Counted from the stretch's first letter, positions 17,301 through 27,859 are shown. The stretch is 64,000 nucleotides of DNA from a virus (IMGVR_UViG_2974673286_000001:89269-153268), one strand, 5' to 3'. Notes: a model not told the origin generated them from the sequence alone. Numbers and translations: made by a program.

Positions 17301-18611
17301 TTGAACAGACACAACTTAACACAGGAAGAGCAGGAGATGTTGATTACTGAAGCAGGCGCCTACGCAGTAATCATCGGGTATCTTAAGGCAGAAAGAGGGA
17401 AGATCGCTCCAACTATCTTTAATAAGATAGCGGAGCGGTTGGGTTACCCTAAGCTGAAGAAAGTCCAGCTTAAGGAGTTTGCTTTAGAGCTTAAAGAAGA
17501 TGAGGTACTCACCAGCCTGTATAATAAAGGGTATGATCGAATCATCAAGATTGACGACATCCCGACAGCAGGGCAGGAGATCGAGCCTTTCCTAGAAACT
17601 GACATGTTCTCTCAGCTCACAAATTACTTGATTAGTAACGAAGACAACAACGCTAATATCAGAGAACTCCGAAAACTCCAACGACAGGGTATTTACATGG
17701 AGCTGCTGATGAAGGGGTTAAAGGAACATCTCGCAGATGAGCTTAAAGGGATGCCTCGTGCAAAGTATATGAAGTCTGCAAAGGCTAAGCCAAAGAAAGG
17801 CGATAAGAACCTTATCCTATTATTCTCAGACTGGCATATTGGGGCTCTGGTCTATAATGAGGACACAGGGGGTTACAACTTTGAGAAGCTTAAAGGGCAG
17901 CTGCAAGAGATCATCGAGTTTATCTTAAGCTTAATCAAGGACCTAGATATTAAGCAAGTATACATATTCCATGTTGGAGACACTATTGAACATATCTCTA
18001 TGCGTAACGTAAACCAAGCGTATGAGTCTGAGTTCCCGGCAACAGCTCAGATTGCAAAAGGTACAAGGTTACTCATAGACGTACTCAAGGTCGTTTCAGA
18101 TCACGTACCTGTTACATTTGGTATGGTGGCAGGGAACCACGACCGCTTTGAAGGAAATAAGAACGATAAAGTCTATAACGATAATGCTACATACATAATG
18201 CTTGACACCTTACTTATGGTACAGGAGAACTTTGGAGCCCTCCCTAATGTACATATAATTGACAACCGAGAAGATACATACGAATTTTCTATTGAGATTG
18301 CCGGGAAGACTCTAAAGGTTAAACACGGGGACTACGAAAAGAAAAAAGATGATGTAAAAATCCCTAAACATATTAAAGAGAAACCAGTAGATTACTTGAT
18401 TCTCGGTCATATACATACTACTCGAATCGTGCAGGAAGACTATGCTCGATTCCACTTATATGTCGGTTCCACTATGGGGGCTAATAATTACTCAAAAGAA
18501 CTGAATCTTCCGACTACTGCGGCATCTCAGATGGCATTGGTACTAACAGAGGGTAGTGATACTCCATATTTTATTCCGCTAATGTTGGACAAAAAAGGAA
18601 AGCTAAACTAG
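17301..18611 (+). CDS. Calcineurin-like metallophosphoesterase
   Basis: SDWH, GD, GNHD, HGD and GHIH motifs. Confidence 0.88.
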   Translation: MNRHNLTQEEQEMLITEAGAYAVIIGYLKAERGKIAPTIFNKIAERLGYPKLKKVQLKEFALELKEDEVLTSLYNKGYDRIIKIDDIPTAGQEIEPFLETDMFSQLTNYLISNEDNNANIRELRKLQRQGIYMELLMKGLKEHLADELKGMPRAKYMKSAKAKPKKGDKNLILLFSDWHIGALVYNEDTGGYNFEKLKGQLQEIIEFILSLIKDLDIKQVYIFHVGDTIEHISMRNVNQAYESEFPATAQIAKGTRLLIDVLKVVSDHVPVTFGMVAGNHDRFEGNKNDKVYNDNATYIMLDTLLMVQENFGALPNVHIIDNREDTYEFSIEIAGKTLKVKHGDYEKKKDDVKIPKHIKEKPVDYLILGHIHTTRIVQEDYARFHLYVGSTMGANNYSKELNLPTTAASQMALVLTEGSDTPYFIPLMLDKKGKLN

Positions 18612-18623
18612 GAGGTTAAACAT

Positions 18624-19004
18624 ATGGAATTAATGACTCTATTGGCTATAACTATGTACTGTGTTGTGGCTGCAACTCTGGCTATAAACCTACTTCAAGT
18701 AGCTAGAGAAACTAAGCTCTTAAAACAGAAAGGACAAACCCCTCTAACAGCTCGTAACATCACAACTGTAGTTTTAGCAGCTGTTGCTGAGGCTATGACT
18801 GTATTTCTTTTGGTTTTGCTGTATACAGCCTTAAATACACCGTTTAACACATGGACTGCTCCGGGAATGTTTCTGTCTATGTATGTTATGCGGCAACCCG
18901 CAGCATACCTAGTAGCTTGGGGTCTATGGTCTGTGTTTGTACGAGTCGATGCTCGTAAGATGAAAAAGGAGATTGAAAAGGACAAGGAGGAGGCTCTATC
19001 ATAG
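18624..19004 (+). CDS. Membrane protein
   Basis: Several hydrophobic segments; RBS. Confidence 0.7.
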   Translation: MELMTLLAITMYCVVAATLAINLLQVARETKLLKQKGQTPLTARNITTVVLAAVAEAMTVFLLVLLYTALNTPFNTWTAPGMFLSMYVMRQPAAYLVAWGLWSVFVRVDARKMKKEIEKDKEEALS

Positions 19005-19020
19005 AGTCTCTTTTTTTTTT
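18990..19020 (+). terminator. Intrinsic terminator
   Basis: GAGGCTCTA...TAGAGTCTC plus T10. Confidence 0.8.
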
Positions 19021-19100
19021 GTCTTTTACTGTAGACAAGGCGCTGTATCCGTGTTAAAATAAGACTATAACTTACAGATGAAGTATAGGGAGGATAAGGT

Positions 19101-19424
19101 ATGTTTAGTACAAAGACAGTAGCAATTTTAGACCCTAAGGTATTTGTGCCCGGAAGCTTTATAACCTATAAAATAGAAGAGTACGATCATGGGAGTAGGG
19201 ACTATTACTCTAAAGAGGTCGTTAATGGGGTGATTCGATCTTGTGAAGAAAAAAGGATTGTTGTTATGACTGCGCTAGGAGCCACAGCTACTATCTACAT
19301 GGATGAGATAATGGACTCTCCTACTTTTAAACACGGAGTAGACGAAGCAGTCCTGATCCTAGGAGTATCAAGAGAAGTTACAGGGTTCCCTCCCGGTACT
19401 TTCAAAGAAGGTGAACAAAATTGA
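19101..19424 (+). CDS. Hypothetical protein
   Basis: GGGAGG RBS; TAGACA-17-TAAAAT promoter upstream. Confidence 0.7.
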   Translation: MFSTKTVAILDPKVFVPGSFITYKIEEYDHGSRDYYSKEVVNGVIRSCEEKRIVVMTALGATATIYMDEIMDSPTFKHGVDEAVLILGVSREVTGFPPGTFKEGEQN

Positions 19425-20023
19425 ACTTAGAGGATTACGACATTGTAAAGGCTAAAGGAGATCAGTTAACCTATATGCAGCGAGGAGTCCTTTGGGTTAA
19501 TAAAAAGCCAGAGTATATTGTTGAATTGGTGAGAGAGCCTGATTTATCCTATGTGCGGGTCTACGGAGTCCACCCCGGTACTCAAGAAAACCCACAGAAG
19601 CGTGCAGTTGAAAAAGTATCTCAGACAAAAAAGTTCTTGACAAGCACAGCATTAGGTCGATGGGCAGACCAGTTCTTACCAAGTAAAAAGACGAGTAGGC
19701 TACAGGCTGCTCCTCCTCTTTTCATAGCCCCTGTAGTGAAGAATCAAGTTTCTACATTCACAGGTAAACGGGAGGCTGGGTTTTTTGAGAGGGAGCCGGA
19801 TCGGTATACTGTTGAGTTTGGGGAACAAAAGTACATTCGAGGTAGAAACACTGGAGTATTTATTGGGCTATCCTCTATAGTATGGGAGGATAAGAAAACC
19901 ATCTCGACTCAATCCCTCGTAGAGACACTGAAGAAGTATAAGAATGAGCAGCAGTTTTTCGATCTCACAAGTAAAGGCGAGGACAAGAATAACCCACTAT
20001 CTAGTTTGTATAACGAAGATTAA
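19421..20023 (+). CDS. Conserved hypothetical protein
   Basis: 200-aa ORF, TTG start overlapping upstream stop. Confidence 0.7.
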   Translation: MNLEDYDIVKAKGDQLTYMQRGVLWVNKKPEYIVELVREPDLSYVRVYGVHPGTQENPQKRAVEKVSQTKKFLTSTALGRWADQFLPSKKTSRLQAAPPLFIAPVVKNQVSTFTGKREAGFFEREPDRYTVEFGEQKYIRGRNTGVFIGLSSIVWEDKKTISTQSLVETLKKYKNEQQFFDLTSKGEDKNNPLSSLYNED

Positions 20024-20041
20024 TTTTAGGAGGAGATTAGA

Positions 20042-20242
20042 ATGAACATACTGGAACAATATATTGAAGAGGTACACAGTGTAAAGCCGTACACCGAGGA
20101 TTGGACCAAAGAGTTCCCGAACAAGACTTTCGTAGAGGCAGATATTACAACCAATTGCTATGGGCAGAAAAAACGGGCAATCCACGTTTTTGAAGAGGAT
20201 GAATGGGAGACAGCATTGGAAAAAGGATACTACATGGGTTAA
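20042..20242 (+). CDS. Hypothetical protein
   Basis: AGGAGG RBS. Confidence 0.7.
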   Translation: MNILEQYIEEVHSVKPYTEDWTKEFPNKTFVEADITTNCYGQKKRAIHVFEEDEWETALEKGYYMG

Positions 20243-20309
20243 CCCTAGCTGCTAGGCTCCGGCTTAGCAGTTTTTTGTGTATAAATTCAGTATAACGGAG
20301 GGCAAAGAT

Positions 20310-21026
20310 ATGGGAAAGTTATATGAGGCAGAAATTAAAGAATTAATTTTGAAAAAGAGGCATATATTCGTACAGGATGGGTATAATAGTACTGTGGTAT
20401 TCGAAAAGGGCATTGTTATAGGCTCCACCATAGCCGACTGTTTGATCTTTTCTGAAGATAGAGGAATCATCGGAGTGGAGATTAAAACGGAGTATGACAC
20501 AACTAGACGCCTCAACAAGCAGCTCAAGAATTACTCTCTTGTCTGTGACTATGTCTACGTACTATGTCACGACAACCATGTAGATAAGACAGAGGAGATA
20601 TTATTAAAAAATAACCATCATCATGTAGGGATTCTAGCATATACTGAGTTTAGAGGGGAAGCAGTTCTTGGGGTTTACAAAGAACCTTTCCGGTCTCCAA
20701 CAAAGCAGGCTAAGATGGCTTACCAGATGCTATGGCGAGAAGAAATATCTAACCTCCTCGGTAGTTTCAAAAAACAGGTCAAGACGTTAGAGGATGAGGG
20801 TCTAAAGGTTGATGTTGCTAAGAGCAGGTCTAACGGACTCCACGGGCTCTATACTAAGTCGAATGCATCCAAAAAGTACTTAAGGAAGGGGGATATGATT
20901 AACATGATTATAGCTCGAATAGGTGAAGAAGCAGCTAATAAGTTACTGTGTGACATCTTTATTTCAGGGCGGATGCACCCAGAGAAGAACCTAAAATTTC
21001 ATTACTTTAGAGAGTCCGGTAAATAG
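20310..21026 (+). CDS. PD-(D/E)XK nuclease-like protein (sce7726-like)
   Basis: FEK...IADCL...GVEIKTEYDTTRRLNKQLKNY. Confidence 0.65.
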   Translation: MGKLYEAEIKELILKKRHIFVQDGYNSTVVFEKGIVIGSTIADCLIFSEDRGIIGVEIKTEYDTTRRLNKQLKNYSLVCDYVYVLCHDNHVDKTEEILLKNNHHHVGILAYTEFRGEAVLGVYKEPFRSPTKQAKMAYQMLWREEISNLLGSFKKQVKTLEDEGLKVDVAKSRSNGLHGLYTKSNASKKYLRKGDMINMIIARIGEEAANKLLCDIFISGRMHPEKNLKFHYFRESGK

Positions 21027-21116
21027 AGGAAGTTTACTTCAAGGTTACACAATGTTATACTTTAACTAAAGAGACATAGAAAACATAGAAAAAAAAAGAG
21101 AAGGGATGTAATAATA

Positions 21117-21668
21117 ATGAGAATGAACTTAGTGAAATATGCAGGAGACTTTTGGGTAACTTTAGCGGACTATACACTGACTAGAAGTACAAAAGGGTAC
21201 TCTGACCATGCCTCTATAAAGTCAGCAATTAGAACACAAGTTGTAAGACAGAGTCCTGAGAAGTACATCGCCTTCCGTGGGGAGGCACAAATTAAAAACA
21301 TTATTCAAGAAAATAGACACAACCATCTATTTAATCCCGATGATTTTCAAGGGCATACACGAACAGCTCTAATTCATTGGACCATGTTAGAACCACTAAA
21401 TGAACGTTTTCCAGTTGATAAGGGGGCAGAAGATGAGTTTAATCAGTTCATGGAAGAAGCTGAAGAAATTATTGAGGACTACGGCGTAGGTGCTAAAACT
21501 GTATCTGATGAAGATACTTTAGTCGAAGGTAGGTCGGCTATGCTGAGACAGTTACGAAGTGAGCTCGCTACCATCGACAAACTAATTGAAACCAGCTTAA
21601 GCAATAAAGAAAAAATTCAACAAGCAATTAATGCTCTAGAGAGCTTAGAGTTAGAGAACTTACAGTAA
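21117..21668 (+). CDS. Hypothetical protein with C-terminal coiled coil
   Basis: ORF with promoter and RBS. Confidence 0.7.
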   Translation: MRMNLVKYAGDFWVTLADYTLTRSTKGYSDHASIKSAIRTQVVRQSPEKYIAFRGEAQIKNIIQENRHNHLFNPDDFQGHTRTALIHWTMLEPLNERFPVDKGAEDEFNQFMEEAEEIIEDYGVGAKTVSDEDTLVEGRSAMLRQLRSELATIDKLIETSLSNKEKIQQAINALESLELENLQ

Positions 21669-21782
21669 TTATGATACAATATAGATACAGCTAGATCGAG
21701 GGTGACATTTTGTGAATACAGTGTTGCCCTTTTTCTTTTTATGCTGTATAATATACATAAGACATACAGGTGGTTACAGACT

Positions 21783-22310
21783 ATGGCAAAAAAATCTAAA
21801 CCAAACTCAGTTTCCCGTTCGATGTCTAGGGGTGCCGGAGCCCGGGGAACATCAGCTATACCTAATTCCGGCAGAGAAGCTTATACAAAGTCTCGGCAGA
21901 GCACCAGGGGGCACTACAGGATCGAGTTCACTCAGGTGTATGAGAACATGACTGAGAAGGACGTGGAGCTGCGTAAAGTGTACGGGGTAGACTTAGTTGC
22001 AGGGAACCTTGGTGTACCTATTGACATGATTACACTGAAAGCTAAAAAGAAGACAGCACAGACATTAACTTCTTTAGACGAAGTGTTTTATGTTAAAGTC
22101 GGGCAGGATACCTGTGGAAAGCTCTCTATACGTACACAGAGGCTCTGGAAAGGGAGCATCCTTATCTTTGTATTCCAGAAGAAGAAAACAGCTATAAAGC
22201 CGCCACAGAAGGCATTTAGCCGCAACAAGGGGTATAAGAAGAGGACAGCAAGCCAGAAGAGTCAAGCAAGTAGAAATTCTTACAACAAACGAAGAGGAGG
22301 AACACGTTGA
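21783..22310 (+). CDS. Basic conserved hypothetical protein
   Basis: AGGTGG RBS before ATG 21783; K/R-rich. Confidence 0.7.
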   Translation: MAKKSKPNSVSRSMSRGAGARGTSAIPNSGREAYTKSRQSTRGHYRIEFTQVYENMTEKDVELRKVYGVDLVAGNLGVPIDMITLKAKKKTAQTLTSLDEVFYVKVGQDTCGKLSIRTQRLWKGSILIFVFQKKKTAIKPPQKAFSRNKGYKKRTASQKSQASRNSYNKRRGGTR

Positions 22311-22603
22311 TGGCAAAGTTAGACATGGATACTTTTTTTACTGTACCTTTTGAAGACAACCTGTACCCAGTTAGTATGAGAGAGATAACCCGAATAGAAC
22401 AGGACCTTGCATACAGAGACCCTACACAGTTACCGGAGTTGGAGGAAAGAGCAGGGTATATCATCCGGTCTGTGGATGGAGAAGAGTTTCGGCTTTTATA
22501 CCCTCGGGATGCAGCTAAATTCTGTGTAGCTGCAACAAAAATGTATCACGCAATGCTAGAGATTAGTGGGCAGCTCTGCAAAGATGAGGAGGACGAGAAA
22601 TAA
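22307..22603 (+). CDS. Hypothetical protein
   Basis: GAGGAGG RBS, overlap. Confidence 0.7.
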   Translation: MMAKLDMDTFFTVPFEDNLYPVSMREITRIEQDLAYRDPTQLPELEERAGYIIRSVDGEEFRLLYPRDAAKFCVAATKMYHAMLEISGQLCKDEEDEK

Positions 22604-23463
22604 TGATACGAGGAAATTTAACAGGAATCAAAGCACACACATCTAACTTGAAGAAGCTTAATAACCTCTTAGAGGACAAGGATCAAGTAGTATACGGGGT
22701 TTACTACACCAATTCCTTCTTAAATCAACGGTATCTCTGCCGCCAGCATGTACTGTCTAACACTGTGGATATTCAGAATAACGATATTGAACTTAAGATC
22801 GTTACTAGGGTAGAAGAAGCAGGGCTGCTGGAGATTGAGAACACATTGGATGTTTTACTACACCACGCTGCGGGATTCATCCCGGGGGCTACTCCAGAAG
22901 AGTCTTACACAGGTGCCGCACCTATGCCAACCCCTGAGTTAGTCTCTGCGGATCAACGCCTTTATAGCATAGATTTAGTTTTGAATATGAAGGACCCTGA
23001 GGTTACATACCAGAACTTTACACTAGCAGGGTCGAAGTTTACTCTGGTTGACCTCTACCAAAGACTTGATGAAGAGTTTGGGCATTCTGTTTCATTACTT
23101 TTTGGTGAAGATAAAGGTCTTTACTTATTCTCTCATCTATGCAATAAAGACCTAACAGTTAGAGACATGAAGCTTGCACTGGACTTGATCATGAATGAGA
23201 ATATTACAGGTAAAGCTATTAAAGGCATCAAGCTTGAAACATCCTCAGGACTGACTAGTGGAGTGTTCCCTTATGAGGAGTTAATCAGCGCTTATAATAA
23301 CACTAACGGAGACTACATTTTCGGTACCGCAGCAGGGTATATCAGAATACCTAAAGAGGATATCGGAAATTATAAGTTCGAGTGTAACCCTGAGGGAGTT
23401 CCGGGAGCTTTTCAGTTAGTGTTAAAGAGCAGTAAAAATACTGTACGGTTGTACACAGAGTAG
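22603..23463 (+). CDS. Conserved hypothetical protein
   Basis: 286-aa ORF, TAATG coupling. Confidence 0.75.
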   Translation: MIRGNLTGIKAHTSNLKKLNNLLEDKDQVVYGVYYTNSFLNQRYLCRQHVLSNTVDIQNNDIELKIVTRVEEAGLLEIENTLDVLLHHAAGFIPGATPEESYTGAAPMPTPELVSADQRLYSIDLVLNMKDPEVTYQNFTLAGSKFTLVDLYQRLDEEFGHSVSLLFGEDKGLYLFSHLCNKDLTVRDMKLALDLIMNENITGKAIKGIKLETSSGLTSGVFPYEELISAYNNTNGDYIFGTAAGYIRIPKEDIGNYKFECNPEGVPGAFQLVLKSSKNTVRLYTE

Positions 23464-23475
23464 GGAGGAGAGCTT

Positions 23476-23640
23476 ATGTCTCATAAACGAGCCCGGCTTA
23501 TCCCTATTACGGTTACTAACCCGGAGCTGCTGGAAACACTGGTAAAAGAAAAATCCAATACTGAAGCTGCTAAGCGAGTTAGGAAAGAACTGAAAGCTTA
23601 CCGGGAAGCAAAGAAGAAAAGGCAGGATAGGACTGAGTAA
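23476..23640 (+). CDS. Small basic protein (54 aa)
   Basis: GGAGG RBS; MSHKRARLIP...; followed by terminator. Confidence 0.6.
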   Translation: MSHKRARLIPITVTNPELLETLVKEKSNTEAAKRVRKELKAYREAKKKRQDRTE

Positions 23641-23652
23641 TCGGTCCTTTTT
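23628..23652 (+). terminator. Intrinsic terminator
   Basis: AGGACTGA...TCGGTCCT plus T run. Confidence 0.75.
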
Positions 23653-23938
23653 CTTTGTTTAAAAGCGGGTCCAAGAAATAAAAAAGTGAACAAAATAGTG
23701 TATAATAGAGTTAGAGATTAAACAGTGTTTTTTGGTTTTAGCTTAAACAAATGGTGTGCGTTCAATATTTAGGTATATATCTTATTGGCTAAAAGTCAAC
23801 AATATAGTATCCTTTTTGGCTAAATTTACTGAATATTAAAAATACTGTGAACGATTCACTATATTAAGGTAGAACCCTTGATACACATGGCTTTGCCGCT
23901 ATTTAATACATACACTATTTTGGAAGGATTGAATTAAA

Positions 23939-24670
23939 ATGGCAGATAAGAAAGATATTAAAAAGAAGTCCATCAGCTCAAGCAGCGTACTTGTGCAGCT
24001 GTATAACAACAGGAAGTTAGCAACGAAGGTAGACAATATGCTTGACGAAGGGCAAACTTACGATTATATTATAGACTTCTGTAAGGAAAACGGGTTGAGC
24101 ATTTCAAAAGCTTCTCTAACCAATTATAAAAAGAAAAGAGAAGAAGCAATCCGTACAGGTAAACCGCTGCTGCAACTTTTAGACAAGAGAGCTAAAGACA
24201 ATGTTACATACATTTCTGATAAGGAAGTACAGGCTTTTAAAGAGCGGAAAGCCGAGAAGGAAACCAGTGGGGAGCCTAAAGGCACAGTGACCAACCTAAG
24301 TAAAGTGGACTCCATTTACCACGATATTGAGCTACTAGATGAGATCATTCAAAAAGGAGCAAAAGGGCTCCGGCAGTTTGATGTGGTAGATACCCCTCTT
24401 GCGATGAAAGCTATTGAGCTGAAAGCCAAAATTACAAATAACCAGCTCAGCGGACTTTCAATTGCAGGTCTTCGTGAGTTGAAGTTGCGGCAGCAAGCCC
24501 GGGAGTCTGCACTTACTGAAGTGATCATGAAGTACGTTCCTGAAGAGCAGCACGATTCCTTATTTGCAGATATGGAAGAAGCACAGCAGCGGTTCTATGA
24601 GAACCTCGACCTTTCAGACGAGGATAGACGCATTTCCCAAGCTTTAAAACAATCAGGGATTGACCTATAA
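23939..24670 (+). CDS. Conserved protein with N-terminal HTH-like segment
   Basis: VDNMLDEGQTYDYIIDFCKENGLSISKASLTNYKKK. Confidence 0.65.
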   Translation: MADKKDIKKKSISSSSVLVQLYNNRKLATKVDNMLDEGQTYDYIIDFCKENGLSISKASLTNYKKKREEAIRTGKPLLQLLDKRAKDNVTYISDKEVQAFKERKAEKETSGEPKGTVTNLSKVDSIYHDIELLDEIIQKGAKGLRQFDVVDTPLAMKAIELKAKITNNQLSGLSIAGLRELKLRQQARESALTEVIMKYVPEEQHDSLFADMEEAQQRFYENLDLSDEDRRISQALKQSGIDL

Positions 24671-24679
24671 GAAAGGAGA

Positions 24680-25162
24680 ATGAATATGGCTACTTTGGAC
24701 CCAACACAGTATACCCTCGTACCTTTTGTTCTGTATGACACGCTACCTGAAAAGATGCAGGCACTACTTAATGGGGAGTCGTTGCTGATTAAAGCTTTTG
24801 AACAACGAGAAAAACGAGATGTACTCATTCGGTTAGAACAAAAGAAATTCACAGTAGCACAGATGTCGTATGATGTTTACCAATCAGAAGACGACCCTCG
24901 ATATTGGATCACGTATAACATCGGGATTAATGACCTCTCTCTATTCACTTGTTTCAAGTTTGAAGAGAACACATTTGAGCTAGGGAATCGGTATATGATC
25001 AATGACGTAGTTCTGTATGTGAGTGAGGATGGAAAAACAGATACAGCAATTGTAGAAGAGGTTTATGTGTCCAATCTGGACCCTTCTCAGTTCGCTTACA
25101 GACTCTCCCGAGATGACGGTCTGTACGCAGAGGAAGACTTATTGCAGCATAAGTATATGTAA
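24680..25162 (+). CDS. Hypothetical protein
   Basis: AAGGAG RBS. Confidence 0.7.
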   Translation: MNMATLDPTQYTLVPFVLYDTLPEKMQALLNGESLLIKAFEQREKRDVLIRLEQKKFTVAQMSYDVYQSEDDPRYWITYNIGINDLSLFTCFKFEENTFELGNRYMINDVVLYVSEDGKTDTAIVEEVYVSNLDPSQFAYRLSRDDGLYAEEDLLQHKYM

Positions 25163-25168
25163 GAGAGT

Positions 25169-25200
25169 GCAGGGCAGGTATACGCCCTGTATTTTTTTTT
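25169..25200 (+). terminator. Intrinsic terminator
   Basis: GCAGGGC...GCCCTGT plus T run. Confidence 0.75.
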
Positions 25201-25279
25201 GTTAAAATCTGTTGACGTAACCGATCCTATATGATATTCTCTGAATATAGCAATACATACTATGAAACGGGAGGAAAAA

Positions 25280-25921
25280 ATGATGGACGATAAATCACGA
25301 GACCTTGATCCAGAACTAGACTTTACTGAAGAAGAGGAAGCTATTATGCGACCTAATATATTCACGCCTAAACTGTCAGATGAGTTACGGTTGGCAAGTA
25401 AAGTAGCTCAGCAGTATAAGGCAGGAGTGTCAGCAACTAAAATCATGAAAGACAATAGTATCTCAGCAGGAAAGATGTATGAGATTCTTCGTAAGAAAGG
25501 TGTTCCATTACGCTCAAACCGATATGCAACAAAGTCCACCCTTAGAACAATGATGATGACAGAACAGGAGAAGAACAGCCTCATTGCAGATTATCAGAGC
25601 GGAGTGCCGTTAGAGACTATCTATAACAAGTATAAGATCAATAAAAATGGCTGCTACTCTATTCTAGACGAGGCAAATGTGGCGAGACGAGAGAAAGCAG
25701 GTCTGGTGGAGCAGAAGCCTAAAAAGCGCAAAACTAAGCGTAAAGGTAAAAAGAAAGCTGCTGAGAAACCGGAAGTTATAGTTCATCTAGGTCCTGTGGA
25801 GGCTGAGCTTGAGGAGGATTGCCTGTACATCACTATTAAGGCGGCTGTAGTTGCCCCAACAGATAAAGTTAAGGTTATGGTCGTCAATGTACCACCGGGA
25901 GAGAGCAATGATCTTTTTTAG
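25280..25921 (+). CDS. DNA-binding protein with tandem HTH repeats
   Basis: Two YxxG...I..K..I....Y.IL...GV repeats. Confidence 0.7.
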   Translation: MMDDKSRDLDPELDFTEEEEAIMRPNIFTPKLSDELRLASKVAQQYKAGVSATKIMKDNSISAGKMYEILRKKGVPLRSNRYATKSTLRTMMMTEQEKNSLIADYQSGVPLETIYNKYKINKNGCYSILDEANVARREKAGLVEQKPKKRKTKRKGKKKAAEKPEVIVHLGPVEAELEEDCLYITIKAAVVAPTDKVKVMVVNVPPGESNDLF

Positions 25922-26162
25922 TGAGTTAGTGGAAGCCTATAGAGAGCTTAATAAGGTAGTGTGCCAGCTGTTCTCTGCTTTAGTGGTAATCGTGACAGCA
26001 ATAGCTCTTGTTGAAAAGGACCCTGATTTAGTAATCTTTGGTGTTATGTTCAGTATCGTCACCGTAGTATCGTTGTACTTTGTTGTCTTTATATTTCAGG
26101 TTGCTTTTGACATCATATTCCTCCTGTCCGATATTTTTTCGGAGATAAGGGATAGAAGGTAA
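25908..26162 (+). CDS. Membrane protein
   Basis: Two hydrophobic segments. Confidence 0.6.
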   Translation: MIFFSELVEAYRELNKVVCQLFSALVVIVTAIALVEKDPDLVIFGVMFSIVTVVSLYFVVFIFQVAFDIIFLLSDIFSEIRDRR

Positions 26163-26298
26163 GTGTCTGGGCAAGTTATACGTACAGACCCTATAACTTG
26201 CCTATAATTTTTTTTTTGAAAAGATGTTGACTTAAAGAAAACAACGTGTTACACTGATGTTAGAGATTAAGTTATAGACTTTTGAGGAGGAAACTAAA

Positions 26299-27009
26299 AT
26301 GACTAAACAGACGGTATTTGTAAATGGAGACGAAACGGCAATCGTAGAAGTTAACAGAGACGGACTAGTTACACTTAAGAGAGGGGAAAGTGTAAGAAAA
26401 TTCAGCAACACAGTAACTTATGAAGACATTGCAGCGGAGCTGGATGCCTACGGCTGGAAAAAAGCAGAGCAAATATCAAAATCATCAACTAAAGAGGAAA
26501 TGGATTCTTTGTACAGCCTGTTGGGCTCTAAAATAGAGAAGCCTGCTGCACCGGATTCTCAAGAAACAGAAAGCCTAGCCAAAGCAGCACAAGCTTCACT
26601 CGATCAGGGTATTCCTTTGGAAATTCAACAAAAGGTTGATGAGTACATCAAATTGCACAAAGAAGCAAATGAACTCAAAAAGAAGTTAGATGAGCTTAAA
26701 ACTCCAATTAAGGCACACATGGAAGCATATGAGTTAAAAGCCATTAAAGGATCAGAATTTGGTACTGTAGCTCTTCAAGACGCTAAAGCATCTAATTCCA
26801 CGTCTATCTATACTGATTATGAGATCGGAGATGTAGCGCCGCTGCTAAGCAAAGAACTCCTCAATAAAGTAACTGAGAACCGTGTAAACGCACAAGTACT
26901 AGATGGGGTGCTTAAGTCAGATGAGACCCTCTCTGAGGATACAATTAAGAAAATCAAAGAACTTAAAATCGTTAAGCCGGGAACACCTCGCTTTGTAGTA
27001 AAGAAGTAG
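26299..27009 (+). CDS. Hypothetical protein with coiled coil
   Basis: TTGACT-17-TACACT promoter and GAGGAGG RBS. Confidence 0.75.
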   Translation: MTKQTVFVNGDETAIVEVNRDGLVTLKRGESVRKFSNTVTYEDIAAELDAYGWKKAEQISKSSTKEEMDSLYSLLGSKIEKPAAPDSQETESLAKAAQASLDQGIPLEIQQKVDEYIKLHKEANELKKKLDELKTPIKAHMEAYELKAIKGSEFGTVALQDAKASNSTSIYTDYEIGDVAPLLSKELLNKVTENRVNAQVLDGVLKSDETLSEDTIKKIKELKIVKPGTPRFVVKK

Positions 27010-27021
27010 GAGGGTCTCTAG

Positions 27022-27174
27022 GTGACACATGAGATTAGGGAACGATACAAAACAGTAAAAATGGTTGAGCGTTTACAACAAATGCTCAACCAAGAAGGTA
27101 TAAACCCGTTAATGGCAACCTGTATTAAGAAAAGAGTGGAAAAACTAACGTTATCTCTAGAGGAGGAATTTTAA
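27022..27174 (+). CDS. Small hypothetical protein
   Basis: AGGAGG RBS, GTG start. Confidence 0.5.
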   Translation: MTHEIRERYKTVKMVERLQQMLNQEGINPLMATCIKKRVEKLTLSLEEEF

Positions 27175-27390
27175 ATGGAAAAGTCGTATAAAGTGGAAGT
27201 AGATATCACGCAGCGTTTTACTACAACGGTTACAGTTACTGGAGACTTCACGAATATTGATGATCCTAGAATTGATAAAGCAGCCAAACAAGAAGCAGAT
27301 CGAATGGATCATGAAGCGTGGGATTGGCAAGACTCAGAATTTGAAATTATGAGCGTGTTGGAGGTAGTAGAGGACGAGGACGGTGAATAA
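27175..27390 (+). CDS. Small acidic protein
   Basis: GAGGAGG RBS. Confidence 0.7.
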   Translation: MEKSYKVEVDITQRFTTTVTVTGDFTNIDDPRIDKAAKQEADRMDHEAWDWQDSEFEIMSVLEVVEDEDGE

Positions 27391-27393
27391 CAT

Positions 27394-27858
27394 TTGTTAA
27401 CATTTCAAGGTAGAAGGACACTCTATTTACGTGCAGAACGAGATATTACAGATGAAAAAGGAAAAATCCTCTTCAAAAAGGACTCTATTTATATAGGTTT
27501 TGGTGAAATGGTAAAAACACTTAAAGAATCAGCGAGGTTTAGCTTCGGTAGTGCCTACTCTGATACCCTTAAGGCGGTCACCCGAGAGCAGAAAGTAGCA
27601 GGAGATATTGTAGACATTGATCTAGACGACTTCTACGTTTTAGAAGAAGAGTGTTCCTTAAGTTGTTATGACCCAGCTGTAGATACTAAGACCCTTGGAG
27701 ACGTACTCGAAGAACTGGATACAAAGGCTGAAACCTCTCGATATCTACGGGGAGGTAAGCGAGGAGACTTTATGACACAAATAGAAAGAAAGTATAAGGA
27801 CCCGGAGACACAAACAGTGAGAACGTTTAAGGTAGTGTATGAAGGGGGAGTGGAGTAA
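27394..27858 (+). CDS. Hypothetical protein
   Basis: Operon packing. Confidence 0.65.
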   Translation: MLTFQGRRTLYLRAERDITDEKGKILFKKDSIYIGFGEMVKTLKESARFSFGSAYSDTLKAVTREQKVAGDIVDIDLDDFYVLEEECSLSCYDPAVDTKTLGDVLEELDTKAETSRYLRGGKRGDFMTQIERKYKDPETQTVRTFKVVYEGGVE

Positions 27859-27859
27859 C

